Under the pieces are notes generated by a model. It worked only from the letters and a program-made list of their open reading frames with translations. It did not search any database and was not told where the DNA came from. Shown in pieces: positions 14,208 to 23,359 of a DNA stretch of 30,859 bases; position 1 is the stretch's first letter, and each line of letters begins with the position of its first letter. The DNA is from a virus. Taxonomy: Duplodnaviria; Heunggongvirae; Uroviricota; Caudoviricetes. A program made the translations under genes and the position numbers. Location: the IMG/VR virus record IMGVR_UViG_2740892488_000014, one strand, 5' to 3'.

Positions 14208-15778
14208 CTGCTCCGCAGCAGCTGCTCGGGCCTGACGGTAAAACGCCACTACGCCGTTACGCGGGGTATAACGGCGGCGGTCCCGGTTTCGGTGGCCAGC
14301 TGATTGACTGGAACGCACCACAGCAGAGCGCCGACGCAGCACTGTTGCCGAATTTTTATCGCGGTAACGCGCGAGCAGACGATCTCGTTCGCAATAACGG
14401 CGTCGCGTCGAACGCCGTGCAGCTGCACCAGGATCATATCGTCGGCAATCTGTTTAAGTTGAGTTATCGCCCTAACTGGCGTTACCTCGGCATATCTCGC
14501 GAGGACGCCAGGGCGCTGGCGCGTGACGTCGAGGTAGCGTGGACTGAATACGCCGAGGACCCTCACTGCACGATTGATATCGAGCGGAAACGGACGTTCA
14601 CAATGATGATCCGCGAGGGCGTGGCTACTCACGCTTTCAACGGTGAAACCTGCGTACAACCAGTCTGGGAGAGTAGTGCCGGCAGCGTTTTTCGGACGCG
14701 ATTCAAAATGGTCTCACCGAAACGGATTCGAAATCCGGGTTACGCAGCTGACACTCAATTTCGCCGCGCCGGTGTTGATATCGATAAAAACGGGGCCGCG
14801 GTCGGGTACTGGATAGCCGAGGATACTTACCCTCTCGGCGGAGTCGGTAAATGCCGGCGTATCCCAGCACAGCTCAGCAGCGGCAGACACGCATTCATCC
14901 ACATATTCGAGCCGCTCGAGGACGGACAGACCCGCGGGGACAATATTTTTTACAGCGTCATGGAGCGCCTGAAAATGCTCGACACACTGCAGCAAACACA
15001 ACTGCAGAGCGCCATTGTGAAGGCGATGTATGCCGCGACAATCGAATCAGAGCTCGACAGCCAGCAGGCGTTTGAATATATCGCCGGCGCGGGTACTGAT
15101 ATCGACTCGAACCCGCTGAATTCGTTTATTCAGAGTTACGTGACGTACTACAACGGCGCAAATATCAAGCTCGGTGGTGTGAAAGTTCCCCACCTGCATC
15201 CCGGCGACAAACTCAGTTTACAGACCGCTCAGAATGCTGATGCTGGTTTTAGTTCACTGGAAAAATCACTCCTGCGTTACGTTGCAGCTGGCGTTGGCGC
15301 GTCATACGAAGAACTTAGCCGGGACTACAGCCAGGTCAGTTACTCCAGCGCCCGGGCCAGTGCTAACGTCAGCTGGCGATTTTTCATGGGGCGTCGACGT
15401 TTTATCGCCGCGCGACAGGCGTCGCTGATGTTCTGCTGCTGGTTTGAAGAGGCGCTGGCACGCGGAATTATCACCCTGCCACGCTCAGCTGTCCGGTCGT
15501 TTTATGAGGCGCGGAACTCCTGGACGAACGCGCTCTGGATCGGCGCTGGTCGCATGGCGATTGATGGGCTGAAAGAGGTTCAGGAGAGCGCCATGCGCAT
15601 CACAACTGGCCTCAGCACGTATCAGAACGAACTGGCGCTGCAGGGACAGGATTACGAGGAGGTTATGGAGCAGCAGGAATACGAAATTCAGCGCCGGCGT
15701 GAAATGGGGCTGAGCGAACCGTCATGGTCTGTATCTCACCCCTCAAATACCAACGATAACGGCTGGGGAGGTAACTGA
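14204..15778 (+). CDS. Portal protein (lambda gpB family)
   Basis: Intact 524-aa ORF between the gpW-like and gpC-like genes. Size and order match the lambda portal. Confidence 0.9.
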   Translation: MTAPQQLLGPDGKTPLRRYAGYNGGGPGFGGQLIDWNAPQQSADAALLPNFYRGNARADDLVRNNGVASNAVQLHQDHIVGNLFKLSYRPNWRYLGISREDARALARDVEVAWTEYAEDPHCTIDIERKRTFTMMIREGVATHAFNGETCVQPVWESSAGSVFRTRFKMVSPKRIRNPGYAADTQFRRAGVDIDKNGAAVGYWIAEDTYPLGGVGKCRRIPAQLSSGRHAFIHIFEPLEDGQTRGDNIFYSVMERLKMLDTLQQTQLQSAIVKAMYAATIESELDSQQAFEYIAGAGTDIDSNPLNSFIQSYVTYYNGANIKLGGVKVPHLHPGDKLSLQTAQNADAGFSSLEKSLLRYVAAGVGASYEELSRDYSQVSYSSARASANVSWRFFMGRRRFIAARQASLMFCCWFEEALARGIITLPRSAVRSFYEARNSWTNALWIGAGRMAIDGLKEVQESAMRITTGLSTYQNELALQGQDYEEVMEQQEYEIQRRREMGLSEPSWSVSHPSNTNDNGWGGN

Positions 15779-17086
15779 TGCCGTGGAACAATTTTCCGCA
15801 CCTCGCCGCCAGGGCGTTCAATCAACCGCTTTTGCTGGAGCCCACCTACGCGCGGGTATTTTTTTTCGGCGCTGAGCGACCGGTTCGGTACCGGGCGACT
15901 GATTGATACAGCGTCTGGAGAGGTAATGAACAGCGACGAAATGAACGCGCTCGCGATGGGGTGGGACAGCAGCGAGCGAACACGCCAGAAATCGTATCGC
16001 GTGGAGCGTGGTATAGCCGTTCTGCCGGTTACCGGGACGCTGGTTCATAAATTGGGTTATATCAACCCAGTTAGCGGGATGAGCGGTTACAACGGAATCG
16101 CAAAACGCCTGCAGCAGGCGATTTCTGATCCCGATGTAAGAGGGGTCCTGCTTGATATTGACTCCCCTGGCGGTGAAGTCGCCGGCGCGTTTGATACTGC
16201 TGATTTAATCGCCCGGGCGCGAGAGCAAAAACCTGTGTGGGCGCTGGCCAGCGATACGGCCTGCAGCGCTGCCTATTTGCTGGCGTCAGCGTGTTCGCGC
16301 CGGCTGATAACGCAGACAGGCACAGTTGGTTCAATCGGTGTCCTGATGGCTCACCGCTGCGTCGAAAAAGCGCTGGAGATTGCTGGCGTCGACGTGACGC
16401 TGATTTACGCCGGCGCGCACAAAGTTGACGGGAACCCGTATTCCCAGCTGCCAGGCGACGTTCGCGACGAATTCCAGCTGAGTATTAACAGCACGCGCGA
16501 GCAGTTCGCGCAAAAAGTCTCGGATTATACCGGGCTGAAAAAATCCAGGGTGCTGGCCACGGAAGCTGCAGTATTTATCGGCGCGGACGCGATTAAATCT
16601 GGTCTCGCTGATCAACTCGTTAATTACGCGGACGCTATCGCAGTGATGGCCGACGCACTGAAACCAAAAATGGAGCGCTTTATGTCTGGTACAGAAACCA
16701 CGGCGGAGACCACGACCACAGAACAAACCGCGACCACGACTACTGTCGCGCAGGTTGAGTTTAACACGGAGCAGATTCGCGCGGACGCCGCATCAAGCGA
16801 ACTGGCGCGTGTGATGGCCATCATCAATTGTCCCGAAGCTGTTGGGCGCGAGGCGCAGGCAAAAGCGCTCGCTGGCGTCCCCGGGATGACGGTCGGGCAG
16901 GCGCAGGTAGTCCTCGCTGCAGCACCTAAAACGGCGCAGGCGCGGACAGAAACGGCGCTCGATACACTAATGAGCACTGAATCACCAGCGACTATTCAGG
17001 ATGCTGGCAGTACTACGGCAACAGGAACAACCGCAAACGTCTCGATGCTGGTTGCTGCAGGGCGTTCAATTTTAGGGGATGAATAA
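15778..17086 (+). CDS. Head maturation protease/scaffold (lambda gpC-like, S49/ClpP-type peptidase); frameshifted as sequenced
   Basis: The ATG at 15778 overlaps the portal stop (TGATG). MPWNNFPHLAARAFNQPLLLEPTYARVFF parallels lambda gpC NLPHIASMAFNEPLMLEPAYARVFF. It joins the 15926-17086 ORF (..SYRVERGIAVLPVTGTLV..PVWALASD..) when one T is removed from the T8 run at 15859-15866. Confidence 0.9.
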
Positions 17087-17415
17087 TGACTACAGAAACG
17101 TATAGCCCGGACGATTTTATTCTTGGGCCTGACCTTGTTGTCACGACCGTCGGTCATTTTCAGGGCGGGATCAACGTACCCCGGCTGACACCGATTATGC
17201 TCGACGCTACTGTCGGGACGTTTAAGGTTTGGGACGGCTCAGTCGGTAAAGCTATTGGCCTCACTGCCACCGCAGTTAATACTGGCTCCAGTTCTGCAGA
17301 CTGCTCGTACTATAAATCAGGCTCGTTCCGTTACACGGCGATTAACTGGGGTACGGTTACCGACGTAGCTAAACGCAAATCAGCATTTGCGGGTACGCCG
17401 ATCAGCGTCGGCTGA
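17086..17415 (+). CDS. Head decoration protein (lambda gpD-like)
   Basis: 109 aa. LTPIMLDA...KVWDG...YYKSGSFRY...KRKSAFAGTPISV parallels lambda gpD (MTPLMLDT...VAWDG...FYKSGTFRY...KRTAFAGTAISI). Confidence 0.9.
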   Translation: MTTETYSPDDFILGPDLVVTTVGHFQGGINVPRLTPIMLDATVGTFKVWDGSVGKAIGLTATAVNTGSSSADCSYYKSGSFRYTAINWGTVTDVAKRKSAFAGTPISVG

Positions 17416-17434
17416 TAGCAAAAAACTCAAAACA

Positions 17435-17457
17435 AGCCGCCTCCGGGCGGTTTTTTT
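17435..17457 (+). terminator. Intrinsic terminator between the decoration and major capsid genes
   Basis: CCGCC-tccg-GGCGG hairpin extended by A-U/G-U pairs, followed by T7 (17451-17457) and preceded by an A-rich stretch. Confidence 0.7.
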
Positions 17458-17473
17458 ATAACAGGATATATAA

Positions 17474-18509
17474 ATGAGCGATTCGTTTACTACGTCAGAA
17501 CTGATTACCGCGACACAGCAGGTATTTAAGTTCAATCCGTTGTTTTTAAAGCTGTTTTTCCGTGAGACCTACACGTTTACGAGCGAAGAGGTTTTTCTGG
17601 ATAAAATCCCGGGAAAAGTGAACATGGCCGTGTACTGCGCGCCGATGATCACCGGCAAAGTTGACCGCACTCGCGGCTATTCAACGAACCATTTCAAACC
17701 GGGTTACACGAAACCCAAGCACACGATCAATCCGAATATGAGCATCAAGCGCGCAGCCGGTGAGCAGATTGGCCAGCCGGAAACGCCGGTCGAACGTCGT
17801 GCAAAAATCATCATGCAGAACCTGCTTGATGAGGAACTGAGCATCAGCCAGCTCGAAGAGTTCCAGGCGGTACAGGCTGTTCTGTACGGTAAATACACTG
17901 TTTCCGGCAGCAATATCGAGACCTATGAGATCGACATGAGCCGCAGCGCGACGAATAACGTCACTCAGTCCGGTTCGACAGCCTGGTCGACTCAGGACGC
18001 GGAAACGTATGACCCGAGCGACGATATTGAATCCTACGCGGACCTCGCCTCCGGTGCGGTTAACGTGATCATCATGGATGGTAAAGCCTGGAAGCAGTTG
18101 AAGCGTTTTAAAAAATTCTGGACGGCACTGGATACGCGCCGTGGCTCAAACAGCCAGCTCGAGGTCGCGCTGAAAAACCTGGGCGACGTTGTCAGCTTTA
18201 AAGGCTACTACGGCGACACTGCGCTGTTTGTCTACAAAGGGCAATACCTCGACCCGGTAACAGACACTGAAACGCGTTATATGCCGGATAACACGATGAT
18301 CCTTGGCAACACAAAAAAACCGCGGGCTCCGCACTTATGGCGCAATTCAGGACGAAGACGCGCTGAAAGAGGGTATTTCCGAAGCGACGCGCTATCCAAA
18401 AGTCTGGACCACTACCGGTGATCCGGCAGTGACGCAAACAATGACGCAATCCGCGCCAGCAATGGTCCTCACGGACGCCGACGCGTTCGTTGTCGTAAAA
18501 ATCGCGTAA
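17474..18509 (+). CDS. Major capsid protein (lambda gpE family); frameshifted as sequenced
   Basis: There is strong similarity to lambda gpE throughout (FKFNPLFLKLFFRETYTFTSEEVFLDKIPG..; TRRGSNSQLEVALKNLG; RGLRTYGAIQDEDA..RYPKVWTTTGDPA). Track ORFs 17474-18421 and 18303-18509 join at the A7 run at 18313-18319. Confidence 0.92.
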
Positions 18510-18529
18510 GAGTCGAAAGGCTCTTTTTT
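18510..18529 (+). terminator. Intrinsic terminator after the major capsid gene
   Basis: GAGTC-gaaa-GGCTC hairpin (GNRA-type loop) followed by T6 (18524-18529). Confidence 0.65.
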
Positions 18530-18543
18530 GTTAAGGAATCAAC

Positions 18544-18963
18544 ATGAGCACAAAAACAGAATTGCTGGCGCGTATTGACGATCTGAGCGCTCAGCTCGGT
18601 CGCGAATTACCGCGCAGCGGGACTATTGCGGAACTGGAATCAATCGTTGCCGGCGCTGAGTCAGAGCTCGATATTCTGAACGAGCAATCCGGTGACGCGG
18701 GAGGCATCGAGATTACAGTGAATACTGCGTCCGGGACCGATAATGAACTCGCTCAATCAATCGCGAGCGCTATCGTTTCACAGTCACAAGAGCAGGAGCT
18801 CGCACCGGCTACGCGCCGCGTCAAGTTGCGTAACACGCTGGACGTTTATCACTACGTGAACGGGCGTCGCGTTCGCGAGATTGTTGCCGCAGGCCGTGAA
18901 ATTGTTGTTGATTCACCGGAGGTCGCAGACCTTATCGCAGCTGATCACGTTTACGCTCTATGA
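18544..18963 (+). CDS. DNA-packaging/head accessory protein (lambda Fi-like)
   Basis: 139 aa. MSTKTELLARIDDLSAQLGRELPRSGTIAELESIVAGAESEL parallels lambda Fi MTKDELIARLRSLGEQLNRDVSLTGTKEELALRVAELKEEL. It occupies the same position after the capsid gene. Confidence 0.65.
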   Translation: MSTKTELLARIDDLSAQLGRELPRSGTIAELESIVAGAESELDILNEQSGDAGGIEITVNTASGTDNELAQSIASAIVSQSQEQELAPATRRVKLRNTLDVYHYVNGRRVREIVAAGREIVVDSPEVADLIAADHVYAL

Positions 18964-19341
18964 GCTACTACGATGACCTCCGGGCCGGCGACGAGGAGAT
19001 GATCCGTGAGTGGGGACGGCCCGTTAAATTACGCGGTAAAACCGACCCCATTATCGCTATTTTCAACGAGCCTTACGCGCGCGTTGACGTTCCTCACGCT
19101 GGTTTTATTACCGGTACAGTAACGAGCCTGACGGCGCTCTCGGACGACGTCGCTGGCGTTGTTGCGCGTGACGTCGTCCAGGTTCCAAAGCAGCGCAGCA
19201 TCGAACCTGACGGCTCTGTTACCTGGTCTGGCTGGACCGATTACGTGGTTAAAGAGCCTCAACCTGATGGCACAGGGCTCACGAATATTTTTTTTAGAGC
19301 CTCACACGTCCAGCGAAAACAGCGAGTATTCAAAATACTAA
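18960..19341 (+). CDS. Head-tail connector (lambda FII-like position); frameshifted as sequenced
   Basis: The 18960 frame joins the 19159-19341 frame (..TNIF|LEPHTSSENSEYSKY*) when one T is removed from the T8 run at 19288-19295. The corrected stop at 19339-19341 sits exactly at the foot of the 19340-19361 stem-loop and before the next gene's Shine-Dalgarno. The functional call rests on position only. Confidence 0.5.
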
Positions 19342-19361
19342 GTGGGACCTCGGTCCCACTT
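19340..19361 (+). other. Intercistronic 9-bp stem-loop (AAGTGGGAC-ctcg-GTCCCACTT) without a U-tract
   Basis: Perfect inverted repeat read from the sequence. It is followed directly by the AAGGGGGAA Shine-Dalgarno and the GTG start at 19373. Confidence 0.5.
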
Positions 19362-19372
19362 AAGGGGGAACC

Positions 19373-20053
19373 GTGGCCGATTTACGTAGTAACGCGCAGA
19401 TGTTCGATATCGATGTTTCGGCGCTGGAGCAGCTCAGAGTCGAAATCAGCGCGACGCAACATCAAATGTTAATGGTATACAACAGGGCGCTGAACCGAAC
19501 TGCAAAACATATGCACCGAATTTCAGCAGGAATGATTTTGACTGCACTGGCAGCTAAAAATCATAAGGCCGTAGATAAACGAATCAAGCCGTTCATTAAG
19601 CGCCGTAATTTTACAAAAGAAGGGGCAGGAGACCTGAGCAGCGCCAAGCTCTGGTACGGTCTGAATGATTTCCGGGTATCTGAGCTAAAGGGGCGATTAC
19701 AAAATCCACGGAGGCAAAAACAGCCTCGCGATCTTGAGACCGGCCTGTTTTTGAAAACCAAAAAAGGCGCTAGAGGGGCAACTTTTACACCCAAAAGTGC
19801 AGGGCTGGCGATGATGAGTTGGCCCGATTCATTCGTAGCGAAACGCTACGGTGCGAAAAGTGTCTGGATTCGACTGGATCGCGGAGGAATCGAAGAGGCT
19901 CGCGTACCTGTGCACGACGCGCTGGAGGATGCTATCGATGATTATATTTTTGAAAACATTGGCCCTGTTTTTATGGGCTTTTTTGAGAAAGATTTGCGCG
20001 GTCGCGTGAAAGGTAATGTCCACGTAGACCCAAAAACAGGTAAACGATTATGA
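19373..20053 (+). CDS. Virion neck/tail-completion protein (function inferred from position only)
   Basis: Intact 226-aa ORF with a GTG start after a strong Shine-Dalgarno. It is translationally coupled to the next gene (ATGA) and lies between the head-joining and baseplate genes. Confidence 0.45.
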   Translation: MADLRSNAQMFDIDVSALEQLRVEISATQHQMLMVYNRALNRTAKHMHRISAGMILTALAAKNHKAVDKRIKPFIKRRNFTKEGAGDLSSAKLWYGLNDFRVSELKGRLQNPRRQKQPRDLETGLFLKTKKGARGATFTPKSAGLAMMSWPDSFVAKRYGAKSVWIRLDRGGIEEARVPVHDALEDAIDDYIFENIGPVFMGFFEKDLRGRVKGNVHVDPKTGKRL

Positions 20054-20586
20054 GCGGACTGGATGCATTTGACGAATATCTTGATCGCGTTAAAGGCGCG
20101 GTTTTACAAATACCGTTCATCAAAACATTCGGAATTTATCCGGAAATTCCGGCTGGATTTGAAACGCCAGCTCTGTTCCTGGAAATCAGCAACTGGTCAC
20201 AGAGTGACGAATCGGTTCCAGGCTCAATTCAGTCAGTCGAGCTGTCGTGTAATTTGTATTTGCTGCGTGAATTTGCAGCTGATCAGTACGGACTGAAATC
20301 GCAGAATGCAGCGCTCTATATGACGAGCTGGATCAATGGGCGAATGTTCGGTCCCGGAACTAAACCGGCAAAATTCAGCGACGCGGAACCGTGCGACTGG
20401 ATTAAAAACGGGCAGTCAGTCGGTTCGCATTCAGTTCAGTGCGTGTCGTTCACGCAGGTTGTAGGCGTTGGTCCAGATATTTTCGATTATCCCTCACAGG
20501 GGACCCTGAAAAATATATACGTCGGAATAGCACCAGATATCGGCGCAGAACATGAGGGCGACTATTATGGCCCAATCGGACGATGA
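20050..20586 (+). CDS. Virion neck/tail-completion protein (function inferred from position only)
   Basis: Intact 178-aa ORF that overlaps both of its neighbours. I recognise no motif. Confidence 0.45.
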   Translation: MSGLDAFDEYLDRVKGAVLQIPFIKTFGIYPEIPAGFETPALFLEISNWSQSDESVPGSIQSVELSCNLYLLREFAADQYGLKSQNAALYMTSWINGRMFGPGTKPAKFSDAEPCDWIKNGQSVGSHSVQCVSFTQVVGVGPDIFDYPSQGTLKNIYVGIAPDIGAEHEGDYYGPIGR

Positions 20587-21469
20587 ATATGCTGCAGCGG
20601 AGAACGCGCGCAGGCTGCGTGACGCAGTTAAACGCGGCACGATAGCTGCAGTTAAAATGAATCCTCCACGCTGCCGAGTCTCATTTGGTGGCGAACACCA
20701 GTCAGGCTGGCTGCAGTGGTTTACTCACGCCACCTCAGAACGCGTCGACTGGAGCGCACCATCAGTGGGCGATCCCGTTACTGTTGTTTCTGAGGGTGGG
20801 GATACGCGGAACGGTGTAGTTATGCTCGGGCTGCACATTGACGACAAAGCTCCGCCAAGCAATGACCCCCATGATCATGTCACTGCATACTGTGACGGGG
20901 CTACGATGACGTATAACACAAAAAATCACACTCTGACATGGCAGGGCGTACCGGACGGCGTGGTAAAAATACTCGGTGAGTCTGAAATAGAAATATTTGG
21001 ACGCGCAGATGTTACTATTAATAGCGAAAATGTAGTTAATATCCATGGTGGGAAATTAATTAACGCAGACGCTGATATTATTAATGTCACAGCGACAGAT
21101 ACAATTAACGCACATGCTGATTTAGTGAACGTTATAGCAACGAGTTCTGTTAGTGTTACTGCTGCGAACAGAATATCGCTGACAGCTCAAACAATCAGCG
21201 CGTGGGCTCCGGGTGGTATAACACTAGCTGGTCCAACGCATATTACCGAGACATTAGTAGTAGATAAATTAGCGACATTCCGTAACGATATTTCTGTCAC
21301 TGGAGATAACGGTGGAACAGGTAATATCACAACTCGCGGTAGTGTGTTAGCAGGGCAAGAGGTGCAGGACCGACAAGGCACAATAACTGAAGTCCGCACA
21401 ACGTATAACGGACACACTCATATATGTCCGGACGGGGAAACTCAACAACCGAACCAACCAATGGCGTAA
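20567..21469 (+). CDS. Baseplate hub/spike protein (P2 gpV-like) with an extended beta-helix-like C-terminal region
   Basis: ATG at 20567 with GAGGG 8 nt upstream. RGTIAAVKMNPPRCRVSFGGEHQSGWLQWF...WSAPSVGDPV parallels P2 gpV (RTGIIVETDLNAGRCRVQTGGMCTDWLQWL...WWAPSVGEQV). The C-terminal HTHICPDGET parallels P2 HTHKHPGDSG. Confidence 0.85.
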   Translation: MAQSDDEYAAAENARRLRDAVKRGTIAAVKMNPPRCRVSFGGEHQSGWLQWFTHATSERVDWSAPSVGDPVTVVSEGGDTRNGVVMLGLHIDDKAPPSNDPHDHVTAYCDGATMTYNTKNHTLTWQGVPDGVVKILGESEIEIFGRADVTINSENVVNIHGGKLINADADIINVTATDTINAHADLVNVIATSSVSVTAANRISLTAQTISAWAPGGITLAGPTHITETLVVDKLATFRNDISVTGDNGGTGNITTRGSVLAGQEVQDRQGTITEVRTTYNGHTHICPDGETQQPNQPMA

Positions 21470-21471
21470 AG

Positions 21472-21813
21472 ATGCTTGGAATGGACCGTAACACCGGTAA
21501 ACTTTTATCGGGGACTGATCACATTCGTCAGTCTATCGTTGATATTTTAACGACCCCGCTGGGGACGCGTGTAATGCTGCCGGAATATGGCAGCAAATTA
21601 TTTGATCTTGTTGATAATCCCACAGATCCGTCGCTTGCTATGCGAATAATCATGGAAAGCGCTGGCGCAATAGCACGATGGGAACCACGCGTCAGAATTG
21701 ACAGAATAAATGTGTTAGCAGTGGATATCGGGAAAATAACAATATTAATTATCGCAACAGATATCGAAACACAACAGCGATTAGAGTTTAATAATATGGA
21801 GCTGATATTTTGA
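21472..21813 (+). CDS. Baseplate wedge protein (P2 gpW / GPW_gp25 family)
   Basis: MLGMDRNTGKLLSGTDHIRQSIVDILTTPLGTRVMLPEYGS parallels P2 gpW (YLGMNRSDGLTVTDLEHISQSIGDILRTPVGSRVMRRDYGS). Confidence 0.88.
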   Translation: MLGMDRNTGKLLSGTDHIRQSIVDILTTPLGTRVMLPEYGSKLFDLVDNPTDPSLAMRIIMESAGAIARWEPRVRIDRINVLAVDIGKITILIIATDIETQQRLEFNNMELIF

Positions 21814-22730
21814 TAACATCAACAGTTCAGAATTCGATAGTGAAAACTATTGATATGAGTCTGCTGCCGCCGCCAGCATTCGTTAAAACCCCGTTATTTT
21901 CAGATGTTAAATCTAATCTACTGTCAGAGCTGCAGATATTATATCCACAATTTAACGCACTCCTGGAGTCAGACCCGGCCGTTAAACTGCTGGAAATAGT
22001 TGCATACAGAGAAATCATTATTACAGCTCGGGTAAATCAGGGGATGCTCGCTGTATTGCTCGCGTTTGCAAAGGGGAGTGACCTCGACCAGATTGGCGCT
22101 AATTTTGACTGCCTGCGGCTGTTGATAACGCCAGCTAATCCCGATGTAATTCCCCCGACTGAGGCTGTTTACGAGAGTGACGACGAGTATCGACACCGAA
22201 TACAGCTATCATGGTATGCGCGGAATACTGCCGGCAGTACGAACGCCTATAACTATTTCGCGCTGTCGAGTGATCCCGACGTTCTGTCAGCTCAGGCGTA
22301 CGGCCCGCCGGTGACCCAGCCTGGATACGTCGATATGTATGTCTTGTCGCGAACCGGCGACGGCACTCCGCCTCAATCACTACTGAATACAGTGAATGCG
22401 GCCCTGTCTCCTGACGATACTCGACCGCTGACTGATTTCGTGACTGTAAAACCTGCGTCGAACCTGAATTACCGGGTTGAGGCCGTTATCGTAGCCGGGC
22501 TCGGACCCGACCAGAACGTTTTGCTTAACGGTGCTCAGAGCGATTTGGCGATATATGTGGATACGCAACATAAAATCGGAGCGACGGCAGCTCTGTCAGG
22601 AATTTACGACGCGATACATCGTGACGGCACTGAACGTGTGATTCTGATATCGCCAACAGAGGATGTGATCGCTGGCGTCGGGCAGGCTCCGTACTGCACA
22701 GAAATCAAACTCAGCGTGCAAATGGGGTAG
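21810..22730 (+). CDS. Baseplate wedge protein (P2 gpJ-like)
   Basis: 306 aa, with a TTG start overlapping the gpW stop. Blocks such as DPAVKLLEIVAYREI and DDEYRHRIQLS parallel P2 gpJ (EPLVKLLEENAYRELI, DTDYRLRIQQA). Confidence 0.88.
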   Translation: MITSTVQNSIVKTIDMSLLPPPAFVKTPLFSDVKSNLLSELQILYPQFNALLESDPAVKLLEIVAYREIIITARVNQGMLAVLLAFAKGSDLDQIGANFDCLRLLITPANPDVIPPTEAVYESDDEYRHRIQLSWYARNTAGSTNAYNYFALSSDPDVLSAQAYGPPVTQPGYVDMYVLSRTGDGTPPQSLLNTVNAALSPDDTRPLTDFVTVKPASNLNYRVEAVIVAGLGPDQNVLLNGAQSDLAIYVDTQHKIGATAALSGIYDAIHRDGTERVILISPTEDVIAGVGQAPYCTEIKLSVQMG

Positions 22731-22732
22731 CC

Positions 22733-23359
22733 ATGACAAGTCAAAGCGTACTGCCTCCGAACGCAATAACCCCTGAGAGGGCGCTTGAGGTTGTTTTATC
22801 TCACGTCGGCGATCTGCCTGGCGATATTCGAATTATTAAAAATCCCGATTTGTGCCCTGCAAATCTGTTGCCGTGGCTGGCGTGGGAGTACGCGGTCACC
22901 TACTGGAACCCCGACTGGAGTGAGCAGCAAAAACGCGAAATTATTAAAGCAGCTGCGTGGCAGAATAAGCACCGCGGAACGCGTGGAGCTGTTGAACGAG
23001 CGTTATTAACTGTTGGCTTTGAGAGCAAAATGAGAGAGTGGTTTGAAGCCACGCCCAGGGACGACCCGTATACATTCGCAATTAAAATATATCTGCTAAA
23101 AAGCATGGGGTTAGATTTAGAACTATTGAATACATTTATTGCACAAATATTTGATGCAAAAAATTGTCGTTCCTTATTAAAAGAAATAAATTTCGAAACG
23201 GGTGTCGATGGTGAGTTTTTTATAGCCGGTACACCTTACGCGAAAATAGGCGTAAACGTCCCAGCAGACGGCGACGGCGGTGTAAAAATTAACGGCGGGC
23301 TATATATATCGGGCTCACCAATTGTTAGTTTAAATGTGGAGATAGGGCCAAATGGCTGA
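22733..23359 (+). CDS. Baseplate/tail-fibre attachment protein (P2 gpI-like)
   Basis: NPDLCPANLLPWLAWEYAV...W matches P2 gpI NPDTCPANLLPWLAWAFSVDRW. Confidence 0.88.
   Translation: MTSQSVLPPNAITPERALEVVLSHVGDLPGDIRIIKNPDLCPANLLPWLAWEYAVTYWNPDWSEQQKREIIKAAAWQNKHRGTRGAVERALLTVGFESKMREWFEATPRDDPYTFAIKIYLLKSMGLDLELLNTFIAQIFDAKNCRSLLKEINFETGVDGEFFIAGTPYAKIGVNVPADGDGGVKINGGLYISGSPIVSLNVEIGPNG

Noticed and set aside
12416-16977. Many minus-strand ORFs of 60-136 aa, for example 12534-12896, 13054-13410, 13546-13911, 14249-14659, 14714-15001, 16331-16726 and 16624-16977
   Set aside because: They are typical antisense or alternative-frame shadows within GC-richer, strongly supported terminase, portal and protease genes.
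20552-20566. Earlier ATG (20552) for the gpV-like gene
   Set aside because: It has no Shine-Dalgarno. The ATG at 20567 has GAGGG at ideal spacing and matches the P2 gpV N-terminal alignment better.
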